From Synechocystis sp. PCC 6803 substr. PCC-P (GTDB taxonomy: Bacteria > Cyanobacteriota > Cyanobacteriia > Cyanobacteriales > Microcystaceae), in assembly GCF_000284455.1 (NCBI RefSeq), contig NC_017039.1, forward strand, positions 2,700,001 through 2,732,000: DNA of 32,000 nucleotides, written 5' to 3'. Shown here in pieces: positions 20,258 to 29,390 of the stretch (the first letter of the stretch is position 1; every line of letters starts with the position of its first letter). The position numbers and the translations under genes are program-made. Under the pieces are notes generated by a model. It made no database searches and was not told the origin of the DNA. It worked only from the letters and a program-made list of their open reading frames with translations.

Positions 20258-21865
20258 ATGTTTATTTCCCCCCCCCGTAACTTACTGAAGGTTGCTGTCC
20301 AACGTGTGGGTGGCTTAGTCATTGCCCTGGGCTTAGTGGCTGGGGGAGCTTTACCCAGTTTTGCCAAGGATGTGCTGCTCCAGGTGGGGGTCGTGCAGCG
20401 CTTTGGGGATGAAGACCGAGACCAACTGACCATTAGCGGGGTGGGCAACGATGACTTAACCTTTACCGCAGTTAACAACCAGGGAGAAAAGGTCACTCTC
20501 CAGGGCAAACAGGGCACCATTGCCATTAGCCGTCGGGCCGTGCCAAGGAAATTGGCGGAAGTATTAGTGCTCGGAGACCATGCCACCTTTGAAACAGCAG
20601 AAGACGATGCTCTCCGTTGGCAAGCTCAAGGCATTGCGGTGGAAGTTACCCAGCCAGGACGTTGGCAAGTATGGGCTAAACGGGATGTATACGATAGTCC
20701 CCTGGTGCGCCGTTGGTTACTGGCGGATCTAAAAAAGCAGGGTCATCAATTGCCCTACCTGGAAAGTGTACTGTTGGATAGTAAGCCCCAGGCGATGGTG
20801 GTCATCAATGGTCAAAGCTATCCCGCCGACCGAGTGACTGTCACTGCGGCCAAAAATCAAATTCAAGTTACGGAAGGGGAGAAAAAATTTGTCTATGGCG
20901 GTTGGTTACAACTCCAGCCCAACTCCTACGGCAATTACACTCTGGTGAACCATGTGCCCCTGGAAACCTATCTCCGGGGGGTGGTGCCCCATGAAATTGG
21001 CCCAGGTGCTCCCCCCACGGCCGCCAAGGCCCAAACCATCATTGCCCGCACCTATGCCCTGCAGAACCGGCGTCGTTTTGCCGCCGATGGCTACGAGTTA
21101 TGTGCCACCACCCACTGTCAGGTTTACTACGGTTTAAGTGGGACTACCCCCAGGGCCGATGAGGCGATCAAGGAAACGGCGGGGCAGGTTTTAACCTACA
21201 ACAATCAATTGGTGGATGCCCTCTACTCCTCCACGGCGGGGGGGGTGACGGCTAAATTTAGCGATGTGTGGAATGGGGAAGAGCGGCCCTATCTCCAGGC
21301 AGTTATCGACTCGGCCCAGCCCATTTGGAACTTATCTACCCAAAGTTTGGCCGATGAAGCTACTTTCCGTAAATTTATTAACCTCCAGGAGGGTTTTAAC
21401 GAGACGGGGCGGAAGTTCTTGCGCTGGCGCTACCCGGCCACGTTGGCAGAGTTGAATCAGGATTTGAAAAAGTATCTGACTAACCGGCGTCATCCCCTGG
21501 CGGACTTCACCACTATTTACGATATGAAAGTTACCCGTCGATCGCCGTCGGGCAGAATTTTGCTCCTGGAAGTGCTAACGGATAAAGGCGTAGTGGAATT
21601 AGCCAAGAACGAAGCCCGCAGTGCCTTTGGCCCTCCGCGCAGTACCTTGTTTTACCTGGAACCCACCTACGATGCTAACCAGCGACTTCAAAGCGTTTTC
21701 TTTGTGGGGGGGGGCTTTGGCCATGGGGTCGGCATGAGTCAATTCGGTTCTTATAAACTGTCCCAGTTGGGTTGGTCGGCGGAACAAATTTTGGCTTTTT
21801 ATTATCCTGGCACTCAAATCAGACAGCTCAATGAGCAAATTCTGGGGCAAACCCCCCGCCCTTGA
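20258..21865 (+). CDS. SpoIID/LytB-domain protein
   Basis: VPLETYLRGVVPHEIGPGAPPTAAKAQTIIARTYAL...GYELCATTHCQVYYG...GFGHGVGMSQFGSYKLSQLGWSAEQILAFYYPG. Confidence 0.93.
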   Translation: MFISPPRNLLKVAVQRVGGLVIALGLVAGGALPSFAKDVLLQVGVVQRFGDEDRDQLTISGVGNDDLTFTAVNNQGEKVTLQGKQGTIAISRRAVPRKLAEVLVLGDHATFETAEDDALRWQAQGIAVEVTQPGRWQVWAKRDVYDSPLVRRWLLADLKKQGHQLPYLESVLLDSKPQAMVVINGQSYPADRVTVTAAKNQIQVTEGEKKFVYGGWLQLQPNSYGNYTLVNHVPLETYLRGVVPHEIGPGAPPTAAKAQTIIARTYALQNRRRFAADGYELCATTHCQVYYGLSGTTPRADEAIKETAGQVLTYNNQLVDALYSSTAGGVTAKFSDVWNGEERPYLQAVIDSAQPIWNLSTQSLADEATFRKFINLQEGFNETGRKFLRWRYPATLAELNQDLKKYLTNRRHPLADFTTIYDMKVTRRSPSGRILLLEVLTDKGVVELAKNEARSAFGPPRSTLFYLEPTYDANQRLQSVFFVGGGFGHGVGMSQFGSYKLSQLGWSAEQILAFYYPGTQIRQLNEQILGQTPRP

Positions 21866-21901
21866 TATTCATTTTTCTCCCTAATTACCACCTCACTGCG
21901 T

Positions 21902-22246
21902 ATGACTTCCATGCCCATCGAAATTTCTGTTCAGGATCTGGCTCTGATGTTGGCTCACCCCAACGGCGATCGCCAGTTGATTGATGTGCGGGAACCCCAT
22001 GAGGTGGAAATTGCGGCCCTGCCAGGCTTTGAAACCCTATCCTTGAGCGAGTTTGCCCAGTGGTCTGGCACCATTCGGGAGCGCTACGATGGGGAGAAAG
22101 AAACCGTAGTGTTGTGTCACCACGGCATCCGTTCAGACCAGATGGCCCACTGGTTAGTGGATCAAGGTTTTAGTAAAGTTAAAAACGTAGTGGGGGGAAT
22201 TGATGCTTATTCCCGTTTGATTGATGCCACCATTCCCTGTTATTAA
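21902..22246 (+). CDS. Rhodanese-like sulfurtransferase domain protein
   Basis: LIDVREPHEVEIAALPGFE...VVLCHHGIRSDQMAHWLVDQGFSKVKNVVGGIDAYS; active-site Cys in CHHGIRS. Confidence 0.9.
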   Translation: MTSMPIEISVQDLALMLAHPNGDRQLIDVREPHEVEIAALPGFETLSLSEFAQWSGTIRERYDGEKETVVLCHHGIRSDQMAHWLVDQGFSKVKNVVGGIDAYSRLIDATIPCY

Positions 22247-22375
22247 CTCCCATTGGATAACTGCAGGGGGCCGAACTGTTTGGTTTTGAGGACAATAGCC
22301 GATATTATTAAGAAAAGTAACCGGGGCGGACGGGACTGTCCCCATGGCCTGGTGTCTATTATCGTCATAAACTTG

Positions 22376-22406
22376 GTTAACTGTTAGCCCAATAGTCAAC
22401 TTTTTT
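22376..22406 (+). terminator. Intrinsic terminator between the rhodanese gene and rbp3
   Basis: GTTAACTGTT-AGCCC-AATAGTCAAC (10-position stem with one mismatch and one GU), followed directly by TTTTTT. Confidence 0.6.
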
Positions 22407-22474
22407 AATATCCAACAGGGCCCTTTGCCCGAGCAATTTCTCCTACAGAAAATATCCCCGGAGGTATTTAGATC

Positions 22475-22930
22475 ATGTCCATTCGTCTCTACGTCGGTAA
22501 CCTACCCAAAGAATCCATTGAGCGGGAAGCACTGCAGGAAGTATTTGCAGAAGCCAATGCTGTTGTTTCCACCAAAGTTATCAAAGACCGTAAAACGGGT
22601 AAATGCCGGGGATTTGCTTTTGTAACGGTTTCCACTGACGAAGCGGCGGATGAATTCATCGAGAAATATAATGGTCAATCCTTCATGGATAGCCCTTTAA
22701 AAATCGAGAAGGCTAACCCCCGCTCCAAGGATGACGAAGAAGGGGGCAGTGAAACTCCGGTGGCCAGTGGGGAAAAAACTAAGCAACCCCGCACCGATAA
22801 AAAACGGACTAATAAAAAAGCCGCGGCCACTAGCACTAACACCAGCACTGCTTCTGAAGGTTTCCAGCCCGACCCCCGTTGGGCAGACCAGTTGGCCCAA
22901 CTAAAAGAAAAACTGACAGCGGCCCAGTAG
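22475..22930 (+). CDS. rbp3: Cyanobacterial RRM-type RNA-binding protein (Rbp3-like)
   Basis: Single RRM: MSIRLYVGNLP...FVTVSTDEAADEFIEKYNG with RNP1-type KCRGFAFVTV, then a charged C-terminal extension. Confidence 0.85.
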   Translation: MSIRLYVGNLPKESIEREALQEVFAEANAVVSTKVIKDRKTGKCRGFAFVTVSTDEAADEFIEKYNGQSFMDSPLKIEKANPRSKDDEEGGSETPVASGEKTKQPRTDKKRTNKKAAATSTNTSTASEGFQPDPRWADQLAQLKEKLTAAQ

Positions 22931-23152
22931 GTCCACAGGTTTTCCTGAACCGGAACTGTTCTGATAATGTTCGCACTGTAGAGATTTCGGCGATCGCCGG
23001 ATTGCTTTGTCCTGTTTAGAGTTTAATAAAAAACGCCATAGAGCCTAGAGAAAGGTTGGGTAATTTGGAGTGATAGGATTTTGCCCAATGTCACTCTGAT
23101 TGGTCCATTAATTAAAAAATTTAAAACAAAAAATAACGGAGGTTAAATTTTT

Positions 23153-23860
23153 ATGGCTGAGCTAGATGCGGCCAACTTAATGAAACAGGCAGTGGGTAAA
23201 GCCGCCGCTGACCGAGTTAAATCCAACACCATTGTTGGTTTGGGTACCGGTTCCACCACCGCCTACGCCCTGGAATTCATTGGCGATCGCCTGAAAAAAG
23301 GAGAATTGGAAAATGTAGTGGGCATTCCCACTTCCTTTCAGGCGGAAGTATTGGCCCGTAAATATGGCATTCCCCTAACCACGTTGGATGTGGCGGATCG
23401 CATTGACATTGCCATCGATGGAGCGGACGAAGTTGACCCCCAGAAAAATTTGATCAAAGGGGGAGGGGCCGCCCACACCAGGGAAAAAATTGTTGACGCC
23501 TTGGCGGAAACTTTTCTGGTGGTGGTAGACAGTGGCAAATTGGTGGATAAATTGGGTTCCACTTTTTTACTGCCGGTGGAAGTGATTCCCATGGCCCTAA
23601 CTCCTGTAATGCGAGCTTTAGCTAAATTAGGTGGTAAACCAGAACTACGCATGGGGGTGAAAAAAGCTGGCCCCGTTGTCACTGACCAAGGTAACCTCGT
23701 CATTGACGTTAAATTTGATGCCATTACCAACCCAGCGGAGTTGGAAAAAACCATTAACAATCTCCCCGGTGTGTTAGAAAACGGCCTATTTGTGGGGGTA
23801 GCGGACGTAATTTTGGTAGGGGAAATTATTGACGGCCAACCCACGGTGCGGGAATTCTAG
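23153..23860 (+). CDS. rpiA: Ribose-5-phosphate isomerase A
   Basis: [21 protein letters not shown]; [30 protein letters not shown]. Confidence 0.96.
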   Translation: MAELDAANLMKQAVGKAAADRVKSNTIVGLGTGSTTAYALEFIGDRLKKGELENVVGIPTSFQAEVLARKYGIPLTTLDVADRIDIAIDGADEVDPQKNLIKGGGAAHTREKIVDALAETFLVVVDSGKLVDKLGSTFLLPVEVIPMALTPVMRALAKLGGKPELRMGVKKAGPVVTDQGNLVIDVKFDAITNPAELEKTINNLPGVLENGLFVGVADVILVGEIIDGQPTVREF

Positions 23861-23915
23861 TTCTCTCTCAACTCCATCGTCTTAACTAGAGTCAAGGTGG
23901 GAAAATAGAAGGGAT

Positions 23916-24467
23916 ATGGATACCCTTTCCCCCAGACTTTACCTCCAAACATTCACTAACTTGCTCAAGCGGTTTTTAACTTGGGCAGGTTTGTTGCTTT
24001 TATTGGGGGGTTGTGGCTATCCCCGTTACTTGAGTCTTTCCTTTGACCGCAGTGGCCGGGGCGTTAACAGTGCCTCCGAGGAAATTTTTCCCCAGGTCAC
24101 CTATCCCTTTTTGGTCTTTACCTCCGACCGCAACGGGACCCAGGGAATTTATCTATACAATCTCCAAAATAACCGCCTGGAAACCCTGCCCCGCCTCAAT
24201 GCCCTGGACCAGGTGGCCAGTCATCCCACCATTACTGAGGACGGACGCTATATTGTCTTTGCCCTCAGTCGCCAAGGGAAGACTGACATTGTCCTTTACG
24301 ATCGCCAAACGGAACAAAAGCGTAATTTAACCGCTGATTTAGCCGCCGACACTAGAAATCCCGTCATCAATGCCAACGGCGATCGCATTGCGTTTGAAGT
24401 GGCCCAGGACGGCCAGTGGGACATTATGGTAATGGATGCCCAGGGCAAAATTATTACTACCCCTTAA
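23916..24467 (+). CDS. TolB-like/WD40-like beta-propeller lipoprotein
   Basis: Lipobox-like LLLLGGCG; YPFLVFTSDRNGTQGIYLYNLQNNRLETLPRLN...GRYIVFALSRQGKTDIVLYDRQ. Confidence 0.75.
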   Translation: MDTLSPRLYLQTFTNLLKRFLTWAGLLLLLGGCGYPRYLSLSFDRSGRGVNSASEEIFPQVTYPFLVFTSDRNGTQGIYLYNLQNNRLETLPRLNALDQVASHPTITEDGRYIVFALSRQGKTDIVLYDRQTEQKRNLTADLAADTRNPVINANGDRIAFEVAQDGQWDIMVMDAQGKIITTP

Positions 24468-24502
24468 CAATTGCAAAACTCCTGGGCCAAGAGAATTAGA
24501 AT

Positions 24503-24886
24503 ATGACCAAAGTGCTAACACCAATGAAACCTATTTCCTTTCCCCTATGGTTGACTCTCTGCTTTGGTGCGGTTGCATGCACTGCAATTAAAGAACTGCC
24601 CCCGGTGCAGGCCGAGCCGATGGAAGCGAATTTGCCCACAGTTGCCACCATCACAGAGTTGGTCAATGGAGATTTAGCTTGTTATGTGGACTTGATGGAC
24701 AGTCAAGGTAATCAGTATCAGGGGCTATACGCCGCCTTTGAAATTTGCGAACAGGTTGCCCTGATTGGCCAAAAGGTCAAACTCACCTATCAACCCTTAT
24801 CCTTTAACGATTGCCAGAGTAGTGAGCCCTGCGGTAAAAGTAAGACCGAGTTGGCGATCGTCCAGATTGAACCATGGGAAAACTAA
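24503..24886 (+). CDS. Secreted/periplasmic small protein, function unknown
   Basis: 127 aa with signal-like N-terminus (ISFPLWLTLCFGAVACTAIKELPP) and conserved-looking Cys residues. Overlaps the downstream start by 13 nt, suggesting co-transcription. Confidence 0.7.
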   Translation: MTKVLTPMKPISFPLWLTLCFGAVACTAIKELPPVQAEPMEANLPTVATITELVNGDLACYVDLMDSQGNQYQGLYAAFEICEQVALIGQKVKLTYQPLSFNDCQSSEPCGKSKTELAIVQIEPWEN

Positions 24887-26535
24887 ACAGAGGCTGGAAA
24901 CCAAACCCCGTTGTCATTTTTGTTGCCCTGGCCCTACTAGTGGCGATCGCCGTCATTGGCATTGGCAAAGTTGATCCATTGGGGTTAGGACAATCCCTGG
25001 CCCGACCAGATCCTTTACCACAACAAGAGGAGATCCAGGTTTACTTTAACCTCAACAATGCCAAGGGAGCCGATTTCATTGACCCAGACCGCGACTTTAA
25101 ACGTCAGGGGGACAATTTTGAGCAGATAATTCTGGAGCAAATTGACCAAGCCCAGTCCACCATTGACCTAGCAGTACAGGAATTACGCTTACCTCGCATT
25201 GCCCAGGCATTGGTCGAGAAACAAAAGACCGGGGTCCGGGTCAGATTGGTGCTGGAAAATACCTATAACCAAACCATCAAAGAAGCAGTAGAAACAGAAA
25301 AGGATCCCTTCCGTTACCGTGGTCCCCTAGCCTATTTAGATCAAAATCAAGACGGTCGCATTAGTCCCGCAGAAAGCGCAGAACGGGATGCCATTGAAAT
25401 TCTCCGCACTCAGAAAATTCCCCTCATTGACGACACAGAAGATGGCAGTAAAGGCTCAGGCTTAATGCACCATAAATTTATGGTCCTGGATAATAAAACG
25501 GTCATTGTAACTTCTGCTAACTTTACCCCTAGCGACCAGCATGGCGACTATGATGACAATTTTACTCGAGGCAACGCCAATAACCTATTGGTGGTCCAAT
25601 CCCCCGCTGTCGCCCATCTTTTCACAGAGGAATTTAATCTACTTTGGGGGGACGGGCCTGGAGCAGAAAAAGACAGTCTCTTTGGTATTAATAAGCCCAG
25701 CAGACCAGCTAAAGTGCTAAAAGTAGGAGAGACAACGGTAACAGTAAAGTTTTCCCCCGATCGCCGAGCAATCCCTTTTCCCAACACCAGTAATGGTTTA
25801 ATTGCCCAATACCTCAATCAAGCCCAACAAAAAATTCAATTAGCATTGTTTGTTTTTAGTGAACAAGCATTATCTAATGTGATCAACCAAAGATTTCAAG
25901 CGGGCACGGAGGTTAAAGCTTTAATTGATCGGGGATTTGCCTTTCGTTACTACAGCGAAGGGCTGGATCTATTGGGAGTAACTTTGCTAGAAGACTGCCT
26001 AGAACAACCTGGTAATAGTCCCTGGGCTTTGCCAACTGAATTTGTCGGTACCCCGGCCCTACCAAGGGGAGATAAATTACACCATAAGTTTGCCCTGGTG
26101 GATGATGACACCGTGATCACCGGCTCCCACAATTGGTCCCCCGCCGCTAACCACAACAACGATGAAACGGTATTGGTTTTACAGAATGCCCAAATAGCAG
26201 CCCATTACCAACGGGAATTAGACCGACTTTATGCCGTCACAGAATATGGTTTACCTCCCACAGTACAAGCCCGCATCGATCGCCAGGAGCAGGAGTGCGC
26301 CAATCCCCGACCTAGCCCTAAGCCCCTGGCAAAAGCAACTCCCAATCGTTTGGTGAATTTGAACCGAGGGAGTCAAGAGGAACTGGAAAGTTTACCCGGC
26401 ATTGGCCCCAGCACCGCCGAAAAAATCATCTCCACCAGGGAGCAAAAGGCTTTCACTTCCCTAGAAGACTTGGGCCGGGTCAAAGGCATTGGTCCCAGCA
26501 AAATCGAAGGTTTACGGGGCAAAGTTACCTGGTAA
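24874..26535 (+). CDS. comEA: Phospholipase D-like (two HKD motifs) protein fused to a C-terminal ComEA-type helix-hairpin-helix domain
   Basis: N-terminal TM; LMHHKFMVLDNKTVIVTSANFTPSD and KLHHKFALVDDDTVITGSHNWSPAANHNNDE (two HxKxxxxD motifs); C-terminus LVNLNRGSQEELESLPGIGPSTAEKIISTREQ...LGRVKGIGPSKIEGLRG. Confidence 0.88.
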   Translation: MGKLNRGWKPNPVVIFVALALLVAIAVIGIGKVDPLGLGQSLARPDPLPQQEEIQVYFNLNNAKGADFIDPDRDFKRQGDNFEQIILEQIDQAQSTIDLAVQELRLPRIAQALVEKQKTGVRVRLVLENTYNQTIKEAVETEKDPFRYRGPLAYLDQNQDGRISPAESAERDAIEILRTQKIPLIDDTEDGSKGSGLMHHKFMVLDNKTVIVTSANFTPSDQHGDYDDNFTRGNANNLLVVQSPAVAHLFTEEFNLLWGDGPGAEKDSLFGINKPSRPAKVLKVGETTVTVKFSPDRRAIPFPNTSNGLIAQYLNQAQQKIQLALFVFSEQALSNVINQRFQAGTEVKALIDRGFAFRYYSEGLDLLGVTLLEDCLEQPGNSPWALPTEFVGTPALPRGDKLHHKFALVDDDTVITGSHNWSPAANHNNDETVLVLQNAQIAAHYQRELDRLYAVTEYGLPPTVQARIDRQEQECANPRPSPKPLAKATPNRLVNLNRGSQEELESLPGIGPSTAEKIISTREQKAFTSLEDLGRVKGIGPSKIEGLRGKVTW

Positions 26536-26638
26536 AAAAATCCCGACCAAGGAAACAGCAATAACTCACATCCTTTGGCCGGGAAATTTATGATTTATCT
26601 CGTTTAAACAATGGCAAATAAATTGGAAACGAGCCAAT

Positions 26639-27898
26639 CTAGCTAAACCATTCCGGTACGGCTTCTTCCTTTGTATTGGTGTTACGGGAAGGAGTCTCTC
26701 GGGTAAACTTCATATGCACATTACGGGTTTGTTCCCCATCCACCGCTACAGCCACAATGGGATAGTCAATCAAGCCATCTTGGAAGGACATTTGGAAACG
26801 GAAAGTGCCATCTTCATTGAGTTTAATCGGACGGCCACCAATGGTCACCGTGGCATCGGGTTCTGTGGCACCGTAAACAATCAGTTCAGCATCGGCCACC
26901 AACCAGAACTGCCGGGGACGGACTGGAGCTTCCGAAGCCATAAATTCCCTGCTGGAAAGGCCATAACCCATGCCAATGCCGGACATATTCAATCCAGAAA
27001 CATTGGGAGCAGCCCACAGACCCACCCCGGAGGGAAACACATAGGAACTCAAGGTTTGCTCATGGGTGATGGAACCGGGTACATGTTGCATAGAACCGTA
27101 GAGGGAACCGGCCATCCGCATTGCCTCCGCTCCCTGGGCCATGTCAAATACTTGGTCATACACAGCGGTGGAAACTCCCACGGGCCGTTTGCTGGGGGGA
27201 ACCAATTGGTAAATGGTTTTACCTTGGAGGTCTTCGTCCCAATTGACGGTGACAAATACTTCCTCCACCCAGTCGGAGGGATAAACGGGGGGAATGCGAA
27301 TGGGGGTGGAACGGGCCAGGGTGAGCCAGCGACCATCAAAGGTGCGGTAGCCAATATCTAGGGCATAATCCCGGTCACTAACGGGGATCGGTAAATACCA
27401 TTCCCGGGCCAATTCATCACAGAGATATTCCTGAACACTGTGGGGGCTGGCGGTTTGCCAATCGAGGTCAGTTACATCGTAGAGCCGTAGGGCCAATTGC
27501 TGTCCCCCTTGACTGCGGAGAGCATCTTTATGTTCTTTGGGAATATCCCAATAGGCGTAGGCCCACTGGGGATCCCTGGGCATGAGGGTAATGCGGCTTT
27601 CACCATAACCACCGGGCAAATCCCCCAAAACTTCATCAACGGCGGTGAGGGGAGCGCCAACTTTATCATCTTGACCAAGTTCAAATTTAGAAGCTTCCAC
27701 AGCTTGTTCCTCCTGGGGACGGTTAAGGGGTTTGACAGAAAATGGGGCAGGGGCAGGTTTGTTGAGGGCTTTTTCCACCTCTGCTAGTAGCTGGGATTTA
27801 CGCATCCGACTGTACCGGGAAATATTACATTCACTGGCAACTCGGCGTAATTGTCGCAGCGTCATGTCTTTGAGGGAGGGTCGGTCTTCTTTAGCCAT
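26639..27898 (-). CDS. DUF4912 protein with N-terminal Rho-N/SAP-like domain
   Basis: LKDMTLRQLRRVASECNISRYSRMRKSQLLAEV; ESRITLMPRDPQWAYAYWDIPKEHKDAL...LALRLYDVTD; C-terminal TIGGRPIKLNEDGTFRFQMSFQDG. Confidence 0.8.
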   Translation of the reverse strand: MAKEDRPSLKDMTLRQLRRVASECNISRYSRMRKSQLLAEVEKALNKPAPAPFSVKPLNRPQEEQAVEASKFELGQDDKVGAPLTAVDEVLGDLPGGYGESRITLMPRDPQWAYAYWDIPKEHKDALRSQGGQQLALRLYDVTDLDWQTASPHSVQEYLCDELAREWYLPIPVSDRDYALDIGYRTFDGRWLTLARSTPIRIPPVYPSDWVEEVFVTVNWDEDLQGKTIYQLVPPSKRPVGVSTAVYDQVFDMAQGAEAMRMAGSLYGSMQHVPGSITHEQTLSSYVFPSGVGLWAAPNVSGLNMSGIGMGYGLSSREFMASEAPVRPRQFWLVADAELIVYGATEPDATVTIGGRPIKLNEDGTFRFQMSFQDGLIDYPIVAVAVDGEQTRNVHMKFTRETPSRNTNTKEEAVPEWFS

Positions 27899-28337
27899 AA
27901 CAATTACTCTGGGTTTATGGGACAGTCCATACTACGGGTTTCCACAATCAGCCCGTGGAAAGAGGATGGGTTTAGTTACTTCCAATGGTGGATACAGGGG
28001 GAGCAAAGGTGAATGTTGTTAAAGTTCCTGACCTTGAGCCAGGGCGATCGCCGGAGAGAGTCCTACGGGGATCACGAACTTCACCTTTTGTAACATGGAG
28101 CAGCGGCGGAACGTCAAGGGGATCAAAACCCCAAGATCACCGACTACTACAGAGTTTCAGGCATTTCACTGAATCCTATGTCATGAATCCTTGATTTATT
28201 TTGTGAAGTTTTATGTTTTTTGCTCCCATCAATTCCGGAGTGAAGCGGCAAAAGTCAAGTTTTCTTGATAATCAACCCAGGCGCTGTGACAATCTCTTAA
28301 CTGTCATAGTGTCCATGGGGTAGGTGGGTGAGGAAGT

Positions 28338-28343
28338 TATTAT
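28338..28343 (+). promoter_or_regulatory. -10 box (TATTAT) for the small-RNA candidate
   Basis: TATTAT with about 7 nt to an expected start at 28350-28351; no convincing -35. Confidence 0.4.
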
Positions 28344-28349
28344 CTAGAG

Positions 28350-28411
28350 GTGTGTGAGGAGTAAGTTGAAGCCCCCGGAGTCGAAACAAGGAAAGACGCC
28401 CAGGGGCTTTT
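28350..28411 (+). ncRNA. Candidate small RNA (Yfr2-like) with an anti-Yfr1 segment and intrinsic terminator
   Basis: GTGTGAGGAGT at 28352-28362 is the exact reverse complement of ACTCCTCACAC. The hairpin AAGCCCCGG-A-GTC-GAAACAAGGAAA-GAC-GCCCA-GGGGCTT is followed by T5. Downstream is a protein ORF at 28554. Confidence 0.6.
28369..28411 (+). terminator. Rho-independent terminator of the small-RNA candidate
   Basis: AAGCCCC (28369-28375) / GGGGCTT (28402-28408) plus a T run, with a second T8 run at 28418-28425. Confidence 0.6.
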
Positions 28412-28553
28412 TCTTGCCTTTTTTTTGCCCTGAAAGATTTTTCAAGCTGGTCTATGCTCCCCGTAAAAGTTCGGGATGGGCAGCCACTGTCCTTTGGTTT
28501 CCCCGTCGGTAGGGATGATTTCAGCGGGCCGCCAAGATTATCAAAAGTTTTTT

Positions 28554-29390
28554 ATGTGTCGTCTTTTAGGGTATCTGGGTCAACCACTGCGACCAGAGCA
28601 ACTAATTTATCGCCCGGAACATTCCCTGATTGTCCAGAGCTATCAACCCCAGGAAATGACAGCGGGGCTTTTGAATGCTGACGGTTTTGGCTTGGGTTGG
28701 TTTGACCAGGAAAGTTTGCCCAATCCCTATCTCTACAAAAATGTCCTGCCCATTTGGAGTGATATTAATCTGCCCCACTTGAGTCGGTATATCCAGTCTA
28801 GTTGTTTTGTCAGTTATGTCCGTAGCGCCACACCGCCGTTGGCAGTGGATTTGACTAATTGTCAGCCCTTTACTGAGGAAGGACTTTTATTTGTCCACAA
28901 TGGCTTTATTAATAATTTTCGCACCACTCTCTACCGGCCTCTACGCAATTTATTGAGCGATGCCAGTTATCAGTTTATCCATGGCACCACCGACTCGGAA
29001 CATATTTTTGCCCTAATTTTGGATAATCTCCGGCGGTTAAGGCAAACTTCTCCTGGTGATAGTGATTGGGCAAAGACGAGCTTAGGAAAAGCGTTGGAGG
29101 CAAGTTTACTGACGTTGGTGGAGTTGGCTCGACAACATGACACGTTTTTTTCCGCCAATATTCTGCTGGCCGATGGTCAGCGCATTGTGGCCTGTCGTTA
29201 TGCCAGTCGTCAACCGGAACCTAGTCTATATTGGTTGGCTAATAGTGAGCGGTGTCCGGGGGGAGTGATTGTGGCTTCGGAACCCCTATTTGCCGACCAA
29301 AAATGGCAGGCCTGTCCCTCCCAAAGTATTTTGGTAATTAATAGTCCAGAGGCGATCGCCGTTAAAGTTTTAGCGAATTCAGTGGCCTAA
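28554..29390 (+). CDS. Class II glutamine amidotransferase (Ntn hydrolase, EgtC/YafJ-like)
   Basis: Start MCRLLGYLG gives the catalytic N-terminal Cys2; [56 protein letters not shown]. Track start at 28476 is too far upstream. Confidence 0.88.

Noticed and set aside
23338-23844. 168-aa minus-strand ORF opposite rpiA
   Set aside because: rpiA is unambiguous and this ORF has no recognisable motif.
28352-28362. Reading the motif as Yfr1 itself on the minus strand
   Set aside because: The exact ACTCCTCACAC is on the minus strand, but no 3' stem-loop with a U tract follows it there. The -10 box and T-tailed hairpin favour a + strand RNA carrying the complement.
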